This document shows positions 52,801-64,000 of a DNA stretch of 64,000 bases, piece by piece. The stretch covers positions 9,362,001 to 9,426,000 of the forward strand of contig NC_082724.1 of NCBI RefSeq assembly GCF_030144855.1, in the 5' to 3' direction. This stretch comes from Hypanus sabinus (lineage: Eukaryota). Position 1 is the stretch's first letter, and the number at the start of each line of letters is the position of its first letter. The translations under genes were made by a program, and so were the position numbers. Under the pieces are notes generated by a model. That model made no database searches and was not told the origin of the DNA. It was given only the letters and a program-made list of their open reading frames with translations.

Positions 52801-54691
52801 GGGTCCCTTCAGAAAGTGGACATTGGCTGAGAGCACAATCAGGATCCAACTCGGTTGAGGTTCGCTCTGCAGTGGAACACTACTAAGAAATGAGCAATGA
52901 TCACTCAGATTAGTATCGGGCCATAGAATTCCATTTGGAAATGACTGGGGGAAGAAGGCATGAGAGAATGGCTTAATCCTAGAACAATGTAAGGAATGGA
53001 GGAGCTGAACTGGGCAACAATGCTTTAACCTTGCAAACACACAGCAGTAACAGTAGATATATCCACCAAATCAGCATTTTTAAAACCAAGCAATGATTTC
53101 AAGCAGCTTCTGTACAACAGCAGGAGCAGCCCTTTCCATACTGATTGCCCTATAGTATATGTGAACATGTCTGGGGGAGGGGAGGGGAAAGGGAGATTCT
53201 ATAAGTAGAAAGAATAAACTTCCTCACTGTCTGCCACCAACTAAGCATACAAAATAAGAACACTTTTGCAGAAAGTTTGCATGCTGTTCTTAAAAAGTAT
53301 CTTGTACTATTAAGTTACTATGTATTTGAGATAAATAGTATTTTACAGACTCTTCATCCAAATAAGATCCACAGAAACTTTCCCCTCTCTCAAACGGTCT
53401 CTAACTAATGGCCCATGGTCAAACAGGCAAGGTTTGAGTGGTACTGACTTCCCCAATGGCTGGGCTGATGATTGAATATGACCCAATGTGGCATCAAATC
53501 GTGAATGATTGGAAAAGTCTCATTTTTGATCATTGCTCTGTGGTTGGAACACAGACGATAGTGCATCAGCATGTTCTGCCTAGTAGTACAGAGCAGAGAA
53601 ATTAACAAGATTCCAGTCCTGTTCCTTACCCAGTGACCCTTGCTGAAGCACATGTCTATGGATATCAGGAAGGTCCTGCTCATGTTCAGCTCCTTAATAG
53701 TGGTTTAAATGGCCCACTGGACCTTTAAGATAAGGCATGAACAGATGGCTAGCATATTCTAGCAAGACTATGCTATTAAACAGAAAGCACAGAAACTCCC
53801 CTCCCCAGTACTGACCGCTCCTTCCTTGAACACTTTGAATGCAAATCCACAGACTCACTTCAAGATCTCACTTAAATAGCTACGTGTTATCTGAGCAAAG
53901 TATGTGTCAGCAGGCTATTCGACAAGCAAAGGCCTTGCTGCTCAATCCTTGCCTAATCTACACAAGTGTAACCCTCCTTCAAGATTTTCCATATATGTAT
54001 AGAAAACTTAACAGATTTCCCTTATTGTAATGTGGTCATTCCAAGGCCAATTGGTAGTTACCACATAACCACTCTAACAAGATCAGTGTATAACAACATT
54101 ATACAGACCAGGCATTAAAGCTGGGACCTTAATTGTTAGAGCTCTACAATTACCTAGGTACACTACTTGGCAAAAGGAGGAAGATCATTTAAGAAGTGTT
54201 GAAAAAGACTGGAAATCTGAAATAAATATTTTAAAATGCTTTGATACAAAGTGTGTGGAATAGAAACATATTAATATTTTGGGTGCGAGTACACACACAC
54301 ACGCCCGCTCATGAACACCCACTTCAGGCAAAAGAACTAGGAGTTGTCTGTCCTTCCTCTTGCCCCATGACTGGGCAGGTGAGAGGTCAAAGGGAAAGCA
54401 ATACTGAGGATACAAAATAAGTCGAGACTTGCCATCCCAAATCATAAGCCACTGATCCGACCTCAAAACATGCACCTTGCTCGATCAGACTCAATTGAGG
54501 TGGAACATGCTGTCAAGTAGCTTGCCAGCGATTGCAGTCAAAAGCTGAAGGTAAAATGAAAGGTTGCTGAACAAAAGGAATTGACCCCAGCATTTTCTTT
54601 TCCTTTGAAACCTTGACTGAGGTGAGGGAGTATAAATGGGGCAGTTTGTCTTTGCAAAGCATTCAACAGCATTCGTTGTTTTGCAACAGAT

Positions 54692-54903
54692 TCACAGTTC
54701 CACGTGCAGATCCCGGAAAATGGCATCGACTGCCCATTCCGCAGGAGTTTCATCACTGGCATATCTAGAAATTGCTTGCTGGAACTGGAGTTGCCGCTGA
54801 ATATCTGGGTCGATGTTGATCCAGTTGTTGGCAATCCATTTGGTCCCCCGGATGACAATGCAGCCTCCATGCAGTGAGTACTCATCTTGTTCTCCTACCC
54901 AGC
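54692..54903 (-). CDS. P4HTM: P4HTM (transmembrane prolyl 4-hydroxylase) last coding exon
   Basis: cctacag| acceptor; [33 protein letters not shown]; contains the distal Fe-binding His, the 2-oxoglutarate-binding Lys and an ER-retention-like C-terminus. Confidence 0.95.
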
Positions 54904-57719
54904 CTGTAGGAACCCAGAGGACAGTAGAGTCACAAATTAATACAGCAAGGAAGCAAGACTTTGACCCAACACAACTATGACAATCAAGTGGCCCACCTAA
55001 GCTTGTCCAATTTCCTCGCGTCTGGCCCACATCTCTCTAACTTTTTGTATCCATGTACCTATCCAACCATCTTCCAAATGTTGTTTCCGTATTTGCCTTA
55101 ATCACTTCCTCTGGTAGCTCATTCCATATATGGACCGCCCTCTGGGTAAAAAGGGCTGCATGGGTCCTTTTTAAATCTTTATCCTCTCACTTTAAACTTA
55201 CACCCTCTAGTTTTGGATTCCCTTTCCCTGGGTGAAAATGATTTTATGCACCTCTAGAAAGTCACCATTCATTCTCCTATGTTCCAGGGAATAAATTCCT
55301 AGCCTGCCCAACCTCCCTCTATAACTAAGCCCCCAGATGTTAAAAAGCCCGAACAGATTAGATATGGCAAATTTATTTCCTATGGTAGGGGAGTCTAGGA
55401 CAAGAGGGCATGACTTCAGGATTGAAGGATGTCCATTTAGAACACAGATGCAGAGAAATTACTTTAGTCAGAGGGTGGTAAATCTGTGGAATTTGTTGCC
55501 ACGAGCATTTAAGGCAGAGACAGACAGAATCTTGATTAGCCAGAGCATCAAAGGGTATGGGGAGAAGGCAGGGGAGTGGGGATGACTGGAAGAATTGGAT
55601 CAGTCCATGACTGAATGGTGGAGCAGACTCAAAGGGCTGAATGGCCTACTTCTGCTCCTATATCTTATGGTCTTAACTGCTGGCAACAGCCTTGCAAATG
55701 TTCCTTGCACCCTTCCCAGGTTACCAACTTTCCAATAATGAAGAACTCATTTTTCAGGTTTCTCACCCTGACCTCATACCTGCTTTGTACAGGCCAGACA
55801 GCACCAGCACGGAAACTGGTTGCAGTAATGAGTGCTATTAAAGTTTGTGCTTACAAACTAATTCTAACTAACTAGCTGGAGTTTAGTAGAAACTATAAAT
55901 AGGCAGGAGGAAAATGGGTGAAGTAAATCAATAAGAGGGAGATCCAACCAGTTCGGCTCTTCCATACAACCCCTGGGTGGTTAGAGAATTACACCGGGAA
56001 AGAACAGAGAAACAGAAAAGAGAAACAGGCTCATCAGCCCTTCCCACATTTCCATCAACCAGATTTTATTTATTTATTTTATTGAGCTACAGCATGGAAT
56101 GTGGCTTTCTGTTCCTTCGAGCTCTACAGGTACTGCCCAGCAATTCCCAGATTTAATCCTATCCTAGTCACAGGACAATTTATAATGCCCAATTAATCTA
56201 CCAGGTGGTACATCTTTGGACCGTGGGAAGAAACCAGAGCACCCGGAGGAAACACACGTGGTCACATGGAGAATGTACAAACTCTGGAGGCAGCAGTGGG
56301 ATCTAAACATCAGGGGTGATTTACAATGACAATCTACCAGTCCCAGGGCAGAAATGGCTAATACAAGAGGGCATAATATTAAGGTGATCAGAGGAAAGTA
56401 TTGGGCGACTTTGGAGGCAAGTTTTTTTTCTTAAACTGAGAGTGGTGGGCTTGAGGAATGCCCTGTCAGGGATGGTGGTAGAATCAGATATATTAGGGGC
56501 ATTTAAAAAACTCTTAAGTGAGAGAAAAATACAGGGCTATATGGGAGGAAACAATTAGACTGATCTCACCTCAGAGTGGATTAAAAGGTTAGCTCAACAT
56601 CGCGGGCCAAAGGGCCTGTATTGTGCTGTAACGTTCTATGTTCTCTGTCTTTGGTATGTGAGGGAAAACTGGAGACTCCAGGGGAAACTCTCACTGTCAA
56701 GTGAGAACATGCAAGCTCCACACAGAGAGCACCAGAGATCAGAACTGAAAGTGGATTGGCTTGGTCCTGATGCTAATTTTGGAAATGAGAAACATTACTT
56801 GGTACTTAGGCTTAGATTATATATCTCCAGGAATGGCCTAGAATACATGTGCTTTCAGGAGCGGCCCTGCAGACGACCTGGTTCCTCGCTGATCATGCCA
56901 ACTGAAGTGTCATGTGATATTGAAACACTGGTACAGCAGGCAGTGTGTGCTGCTGTCAGAAGGCGGCCCCTATACTTGGGTGATCCTTCTCGCTCTTACC
57001 CCCTCGCTTTTGATGGGGAGTCAGAGCCTGTTGGTTCTCAATCGGGGGGGGGGGGGGGGGGCTTGGAGAAGTGATGCAGTACATTGTAACATCAGAATAG
57101 TAAGTTGCTGGTTTCCACTCTCATTGATGCAGGAGCGACCTTGATGGGAAAAAAAGAGCCTGTCGGAGATACCGAAGTTATGGACCGTAGTTTTTGATGG
57201 ACTCTAGATCAAAGTATCTTTAGGGGGCTTTTGTTATTTTTTGCAAGATTGCAGAGATGGTCGATGCTTTTGCTGCATGGGAGGGAGGAGCTTTGGAGTC
57301 CTGATGTTTCTGTCACTCATTCTTTGGGATTTCATGTTTCATGGATGTCTGTGAAGAGTATGAATTTCAGGTTGTATACTGTATACATTCTCTGATATTA
57401 AATCGAACCATATGGACACAGTAGATCAGTGACATACTGAATTTAAAGTGACTCGTTTTCATGGCAAGCAGAGCAATGCACTTGGGGAAAGTCAGGACAG
57501 CATCCTGAATGATGGCTGCCGATGAATAAACATCGGTAGCACAAATGACAATTTTTTTAATCACACAATGGAATAGGTTTCCTCTCCCCATTATTTGGGG
57601 CAATTTTAAATGCCAAATAGAAAAGGGGGTAAATTCAGTTAATGGACACTCAGGACACTTCACTTTCCTCTCCAGCAGTGCAAACCTAAATTAGTATAAA
57701 TGCAGACTGGAGCAAATAC

Positions 57720-57843
57720 CTTCACCGTTAGAGAGGTAGTTGTACCAAAAGAGAGCAGTGCCTTGCACAGGCTTCACCAACAAGTTGGCTCTTTTGCAGT
57801 TTTGCCGTGTATCTCGTAAATCCACGTCATTCTGCATTAAGGA
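57720..57843 (-). CDS. P4HTM: P4HTM penultimate coding exon ([42 protein letters not shown])
   Basis: ttcctcag| acceptor, G|gtattt donor, 124 nt, phase 0-1; joins the last exon in frame; upstream exons lie beyond the window. Confidence 0.93.
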
Positions 57844-59637
57844 CTGAGGAAGGAATCACAAACAAGTGCAGGGTGTATGTCAAGACTCACCATGTCAACT
57901 GAACATTTTTTTCTAGCCTCACAATTACTGGAATGCAACATACGTTATCTACATTAACTGTCTGAGGCTTAGCTCTTCAAACTGAAACCCAAACATAACA
58001 CTGACAACATGTCAACTGTTAATCATCTGCTGGTCGAACAGTGTATTTATAGTTCACATTGTAACATCAGTGGCTTCCTCTCACTATCCCTGTAATTAAG
58101 AGCAATGTTTAATGTGGAAATATGGCTACATAGCTTCTAGCGCTCTGCCACTTCACCCTTCTGAGGCTGTCCCACATACAGATATGTAGTGTCAACACGT
58201 TCTTCAGCATTGGAGGAAAAGGCAAAAACACAGCTAAGCACAATCCTTTCTGCACCTAATGTCATATGCACGTCTTTCCAAAAGGTGCACTGGAGTATGA
58301 TCAGAACAAGAAATACTTGGCTTGCTTTCTCCTCCTTAGCCCAAAGAGTACTGGGGACATCCTGGCCTGCATGTTCTAAATCAGGCAGTATGCTTTTCCA
58401 TTATCATGAAGTGATAAGGAGTTCACTAAAATAACAGCTGGCTTTGGTGCATAGCCTTCACATTAATTAGCAGAACAAATACCATTTAGAAACTCCTCTT
58501 CACTGATACTATAAACTGCTATCTAATGTACAGAAGGGCTATAATGAAATGAATTCAAGGGAGATTAACAGCTAACAATCAGCACTGAATGCAATCTCAG
58601 CCTGGAAAATTCCCTCTATTCTAAAAGCAGGAGATGGATATTGTGTAAGTAGATACCCGAAGTCATTGCGGCGCCAAGTGACATGGATAGCTGCCAGTAA
58701 AGATGCCGCCACAATGATATCACACCCTTGTGCTTAAATAGAAATCCCAAATACTCAGCTGCTTGATTTCAGCTACCATCAAGTTTGAAGATTATAAAGT
58801 CGACAGGTTAAAACACAATACACTGCAGTTTCACCGATAAATCTATAATTTTATTTGCTCTATAGGTTGTTTACATTAATGCCATTCCTGGTATTCCTCT
58901 GAACTCCCTACATTTATTTACTGTATTTGCTGTCCCACATAAACCTACAGATGCACCGTTCTATCTGGATGCATCATGACTCGGTATAGCTACTGCTCTG
59001 CCCAAGACTGCAGTAACTACAGAGAAAACTTATAAGGATATTGCTAGGTCTGAAGAACCTAAGTTACAAGGAAGGATTGAATAGGTTAGGACTTGATTCC
59101 TTGGAACATAGAAGATCGAGGGGAGATTTGATAGAGGTATACAAAATTGTGAGGGGTACAGATAGGGTAAATGCAAGCAGGCTTTTTCTACAGAGGTTGG
59201 GTGGGACTACAACTAGCGGTCATGGGTTAAGGGTGACAATAGGTGAAAAGTTTAAGGGGAATTTGAGGGGAAACTTCTTCATTCAGAGGGTCTTAAGAGT
59301 GTGGTATGAACTGCCAGCACAAGTGATGCATGAGAGCTTGATTTCAACATTTAAGAGAAGTTTGGATAGCTGCACGGATGGGATATAGGGCTATGGGCCC
59401 GGTGCAGGTTGTTGGAGTAGGCAGTTTAAATGGCTTGGCCCAGACTAGATGGGTTGAAGGGCCTGTTTCTGTGCTGTACTTTTCTATGACTCTGTAAGTT
59501 GTGAAAACAGCTTGGCATATTAGAAAAAACAGCACAGGTACGTTCCAATGAGACAGGGAAAGAATGGTAGGGTACAGGAACCATGGTGTACAAAGGCTGT
59601 TGTAAAACTAGTAAAGAAGAAAAGTATAGACGATGTC

Positions 59638-60527
59638 CGTACAAAAAGGATGGGTTGCACTTGAATCCCAGGGGGACTAATACCTTGGCGGGGAGGTTTG
59701 CTAAGGCTACTAGGGAGATTTTAAACTAGGATTGCTGGGGGGTGAGAACCAAACTGAAGAGACGGAGGAAGAGGCGGTTGGCTCACAAATAGAGAAAGCT
59801 TGGAGACAATGTGAGAGGGAGGACAGGCAGGTGATAGAAAAAGGACGCGCTCAGACCCAAGATTTGAGATGTGTCTGTTTGAACACAACGGATGAGCTTA
59901 GAGCATGGATCAGTACTTGGAGCTATGATGTTGTGGCCATTACAAAGACTTCGATGGCTCAGGGGCAGGAATGGTTTCTTCGAGTGCCAAGCTTTAGATG
60001 TTTCAGAAAGGACAGGGTGGGAGACAAAGAGGTGGGGGGGGGGGGTGCGTGGCACTGTTGATCAGAGATAGTGTCACAGCTGCAGTAAAGGAAGAAGACA
60101 TGGACGGATGGTTCCCGGAGTCTTTGTGGGTGGAAATTAGGAAGATGAAGGGGTCAATAACTTTGCTGGGTATTTTTTTTTATAGACCACCCAATAGAAA
60201 CAGGGACATTGAGGAGCAGATAGGGAGACAGATTCTGGAAAGGTGTAATAATAACAGGGTTGTTGTGGTGGGAGATTTTAATTTCCAAAATATTGATTGG
60301 CATGTCCCTAAAATGAGGTATTTAGATGGGGTGGAGTTAGTTAGGTGTGCTCAAGAAGGTTTCTTGACATAATATGTAGATAAGCCTACATGAGGAGAGG
60401 CTGAACTTGAGCCAGTATTGGGAAATGAACCTGGTCAGGTGTCAGATCTCTGTGGGAGAGCATTTTGGAGATAGTGATCACAATTCTATCTCCTTTACCA
60501 CAGCATTGGAGAGGGATAGGAACAGAC
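59638..60527 (+). mobile_element. CR1 LINE A fragment (ORF1 end + ORF2 endonuclease), interrupted by CR1 B
   Basis: DGLHLN...REILN* followed by endonuclease motifs (YRPP, GDFN, SDH). Confidence 0.85.
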
Positions 60528-63500
60528 GTGCAGGAAGTATGTCCAGCTGCAGCTTCTGGCAGACCGCAATGAGCGTCTGGAGCTGAAATTGGATTCATAC
60601 TGGAGCATCCGCGATGCTTAGAAAGTCGTGAATAGCACGTTCAGTGAGTTGGCCACACCGTAGGTAAAGGTTACACAGGCAGAAAGGGAAGACGTGGCCA
60701 CTAGACAGCGTAGCAGTAGGCAGGTAGTGCAGGAGTCCCCTGAGGTCATCTACCTCCTAAACAGATATGCTGTTTTGGATACTGTTGGGGGAGATGTCTC
60801 ATCAGGGGAAGGCAGCAGCAGCCGAGTTCATTGTACCATGGGTGGCTCTGCGGCACAGGAGGGAAGGAAAAGGAGTGGGAGAGATATAGTGATAGGGGAT
60901 TCGATTGTAAGGGGAATAGATAGGCATTTCTGCAGCCGCAAACAAGACTCCAGGATGGTATGTTGCCTCCCTGGTGCAAGGGTCAAGGATGTCTCTGAGC
61001 GGCTGCAGGACATTCTGGAATAGGAGGGTGAACAGCCAGTGGTTGTGGTCCACATAGGTACCAATGATATAGGTAAAAAAACAGAATGAGGTCCTACAAG
61101 GTGAATTTAGGGAGTTAAGAGATAAACTAAAAAGTAGGACCACAAAGGTAATAATCTCTGGATTACTACCAGTGCCACGTGCTAGTCAGAGTAGAAATAG
61201 GAGGATATTTCGGATGAATACGTGGCTTGAAAAATGGTGAAAGGGGGAGGGATTCAAATTTCTGGGACATTGGAACCAGTTCTGGGGGAAGTGGGACCGG
61301 TATAAACAGGATGGTCTGCACCTGGGCTGGACTGGAACCAATGCCCTAGGGGAAGCGTTTGCTACTGCTGTTCAGGAGGATTTAAACTAATGTGGCAGGG
61401 GGATGGGAACAAGTGCAGAGAAACAGAAGGGTGTAAAATGAGGGTAGAAGCAAAAAGTAGTAAGGTGAAAAGTAAAAGTGACAGGCAGGCAAATCCAGGG
61501 CAAAAAGCAAAAAGGGCCACTTTTCAACATAATTGTGTAAGGGCTAAGAGTGTTGTAAAAACAAGCCTGAAGGCTTTGTGTGTCAATGCGAGGAGCATTC
61601 GTAACAAGGTGGATGAATTGAATGTGCAGATAGTTATTAATGAATATGATATAGTTGGGATCTCAGAGACATGGCTCCAGGGTGACCAAGGATGGGAGCT
61701 CAACATCCAGGGATATTCAATATTCAGGGGGGATAGACAGGAAAGTAAAGGAGGTGGGGTAGCATTGCTGGTTAGAGAGGAGATTAACACAATAGAAAGG
61801 AAGGACATTTGGAGTATGTGGAATCGATATGGGTAGAGCTACATAACACTAAGGGGCAGAAAATGCTGGTGGGAGTTGTGTACAGGCCACCTAACAGTAG
61901 TAGTGAGGTTGGGGATGGCATTAAACAGGAAATTAGGAATGTGTGCAATAAAGGAACAGTAGTGATAATGGGTGACTTCAATCTACGTATAGATTGGGTG
62001 AACCAAATTGGTAAGGATGCTGAGGAAGAGGATTTCTTGGAATGTATGCGGGATGGTTTTCTGAACCAACATGTCGAGGAACCAAGCAGGCCATTCTAGA
62101 TTGGGTATTGAGCAATGAGGAAGGATTAGTTAGCATTCTTGTCGTGGGAGGCCCCTTGGGTAAGAGTGACCATAATATGGTGGAATTCTTCATTAAGATG
62201 GAGAGTGACATAGTTAATTCAGAAACAAAGGTTCTGAACTTAAAGAAGGGTAACTTTGAAGGTATGAGACGTGAATTAGCTAAGATAGACTGGCAAATGA
62301 TACTTAAAGGGTTGACGGTGGATATGCAATGGCAAGCATTTAAAGATCGCATGGATGAACTACAACAATTGTTCATCTCAGTTTGGCAAAAGAATAAACC
62401 AGGGAAGGTAGTGCACACATGGCTGACCAGGGAAATTAGGGATAGTATCAAGTCCAAAGAAGAAACATATATATTAGCAAAAAAAAAGCGGCACACCTGA
62501 GGACTGGGAGAAATTCAGAGACCAGCAGAGGAGGACAAAGGGCTTAATTAGGAAAGGGAAAAAAGATTATGAGAGAAAGCTGGCAGGGAACATAAAAACT
62601 GACTGTAAAATCTTTTATAGATATGTGAAAAGAAAAAGATTGGTCAAGACAAATGTAGGTACCTTGCAGTCAGAAACAGGTGAATTGATCATAAGGAACA
62701 AGGACATAGCAGACCAATTGAATAACTACTTTGCTTCTGTCTTCACTAAGAAGGACATAAATAATCTTCCGGAAATAGTAAGGGACCGAGGGTCTAGTGA
62801 GTTGGAGGAACTGAGGGAAATACATGTTAATAGGGAAGTGGTATTGGGTAAATTGAAGGGATTAGAGGCAGATAAATCCCCAGGGCCAGATGGTCTGCAT
62901 CCCACAGTACTTAAGGAAGTAGCCCAAGGAATAGTGGATGCATTAGTAATAATTTTTCAAAACTCCTTAGATTCTGGACTAGTTCCTGAGAATTGGAGGG
63001 TGGCTAATGTAACCCCACTTTTTAAAAAAGGAAGGAGAGAAAAACCGGGGAATTATAAACCGGTGAGTCTTTGACATCGGTGGTGGGGAAAATGCTAGAG
63101 TCGGTTATCAAAGATGTGATAACAGCACATTTGGAAAGAGGTGAAATCATCGGACAAAGTCAGCATGGATTTGTGAGAGGAAAATCATGTCTGACGAAAC
63201 TTATAGAATTTTTTGAAGATGTAACTAGTAGAATGGATAGGGGAGAGCCAGTGGATGTGGTATGTTTAGATTTTCAAAAGGCTTTTGACAAAGTCCCACA
63301 CAGGAGATTAGTGTGCAAACTTAAGGCACATGGTATTGGGGGTATGGTATTGATGTGGATAGAGAATTGGTTGGCAGACAGGAAGCAAAGAGTGGAAGTA
63401 AGCAGGACCGTTTCAGAATGGCAGGCAGTGACTAGTTGGGTACCGCAAGGCTCAGTGCTGTTTACAATATATATTAATGATTCAGATGAGGGAATTAAAT

Positions 63501-64000
63501 GCAGCATCTTCAAGTTTGCGGATAACACGAAGCTGGGCGGCGGTGTTAGCTGTGAGGGGGATGCTAAGAGGATGCAGGGTGACTTGGATAGGTTAGGTGA
63601 GTGGGCAAATTCATGGCAGATGCAATTCAATGTGGATACATGTGAGGTTATCCATTTGGTTGCAAGAACAGGAAAACAGATTATTATCTGAATGGTGGCT
63701 GATTAGGAAAAGAGGAGGTGCAACGAGACCTGGGTGTCATTGTACACCAGTCATTGAAGGTGGGCATGCAGGTACAGCAGGCGGTGAAAAAGGCAAATGA
63801 TACGTTGGCATTCATAGCAAAAGGATTTAAGTACAGGAGCAGGGAGGTTCTACTGCAGTTGTACAAGGCCTTGGTGAGACCGCACCTAGAGTATTGTGTG
63901 CAGTTTTGGTCCCCTAATCTGAGGAAAGACATTCTTGCCATAGAGGGAGTACAAAGAAGGTTCACCAGATTGATTCCTGGGATGGCAGGACTTTCATATG
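60528..64000 (+). mobile_element. CR1 LINE B: ORF1 (SGNH esterase) and ORF2 (endonuclease + RT), continues past the window edge
   Basis: ORF1 GDS / GTND / DGLH blocks; ORF2 NARS, ETW, GDFN, GPDG, PQGS, FAD motifs; multiple lesions. Confidence 0.93.

Overview
Vertebrate genomic DNA; the repeat complement (CR1, Rex1/Babar, Penelope-like, V-SINE/HE1-like, L1, R4) suggests a cartilaginous fish, probably a ray (inference). The window holds the complete 6-exon WDR6 gene on the minus strand (ATG 44436, stop 23811, 1125 aa, all splice phases consistent) with its CpG-island promoter. It also holds the last two coding exons of P4HTM (minus strand, stop 54692) and a full-length processed RPS20 retrocopy with a 12-bp TSD in WDR6 intron 4. 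Downstream of WDR6 lie one or two unidentified minus-strand coding-like segments (9637-10137; 1-250 and 959-1377). Much of the rest is transposon-derived: near-complete CR1 LINEs, two solo LTRs with TSDs, a 5'-truncated L1, an R4/Dong-type element, and Tc1/mariner relics. Top observations: (1) three divergent CR1 copies all end ORF1 with T_TTA_AAC-stop, with ORF2 in the -1 frame and no ATG at the junction in two of them, which suggests programmed -1 frameshifting. (2) A high-copy Penelope-derived repeat carries a minimal hammerhead ribozyme core. (3) This same repeat appears to supply the WDR6 stop codon. (4) The RPS20 retrocopy preserves a structured, apparently deeply conserved 5'UTR.
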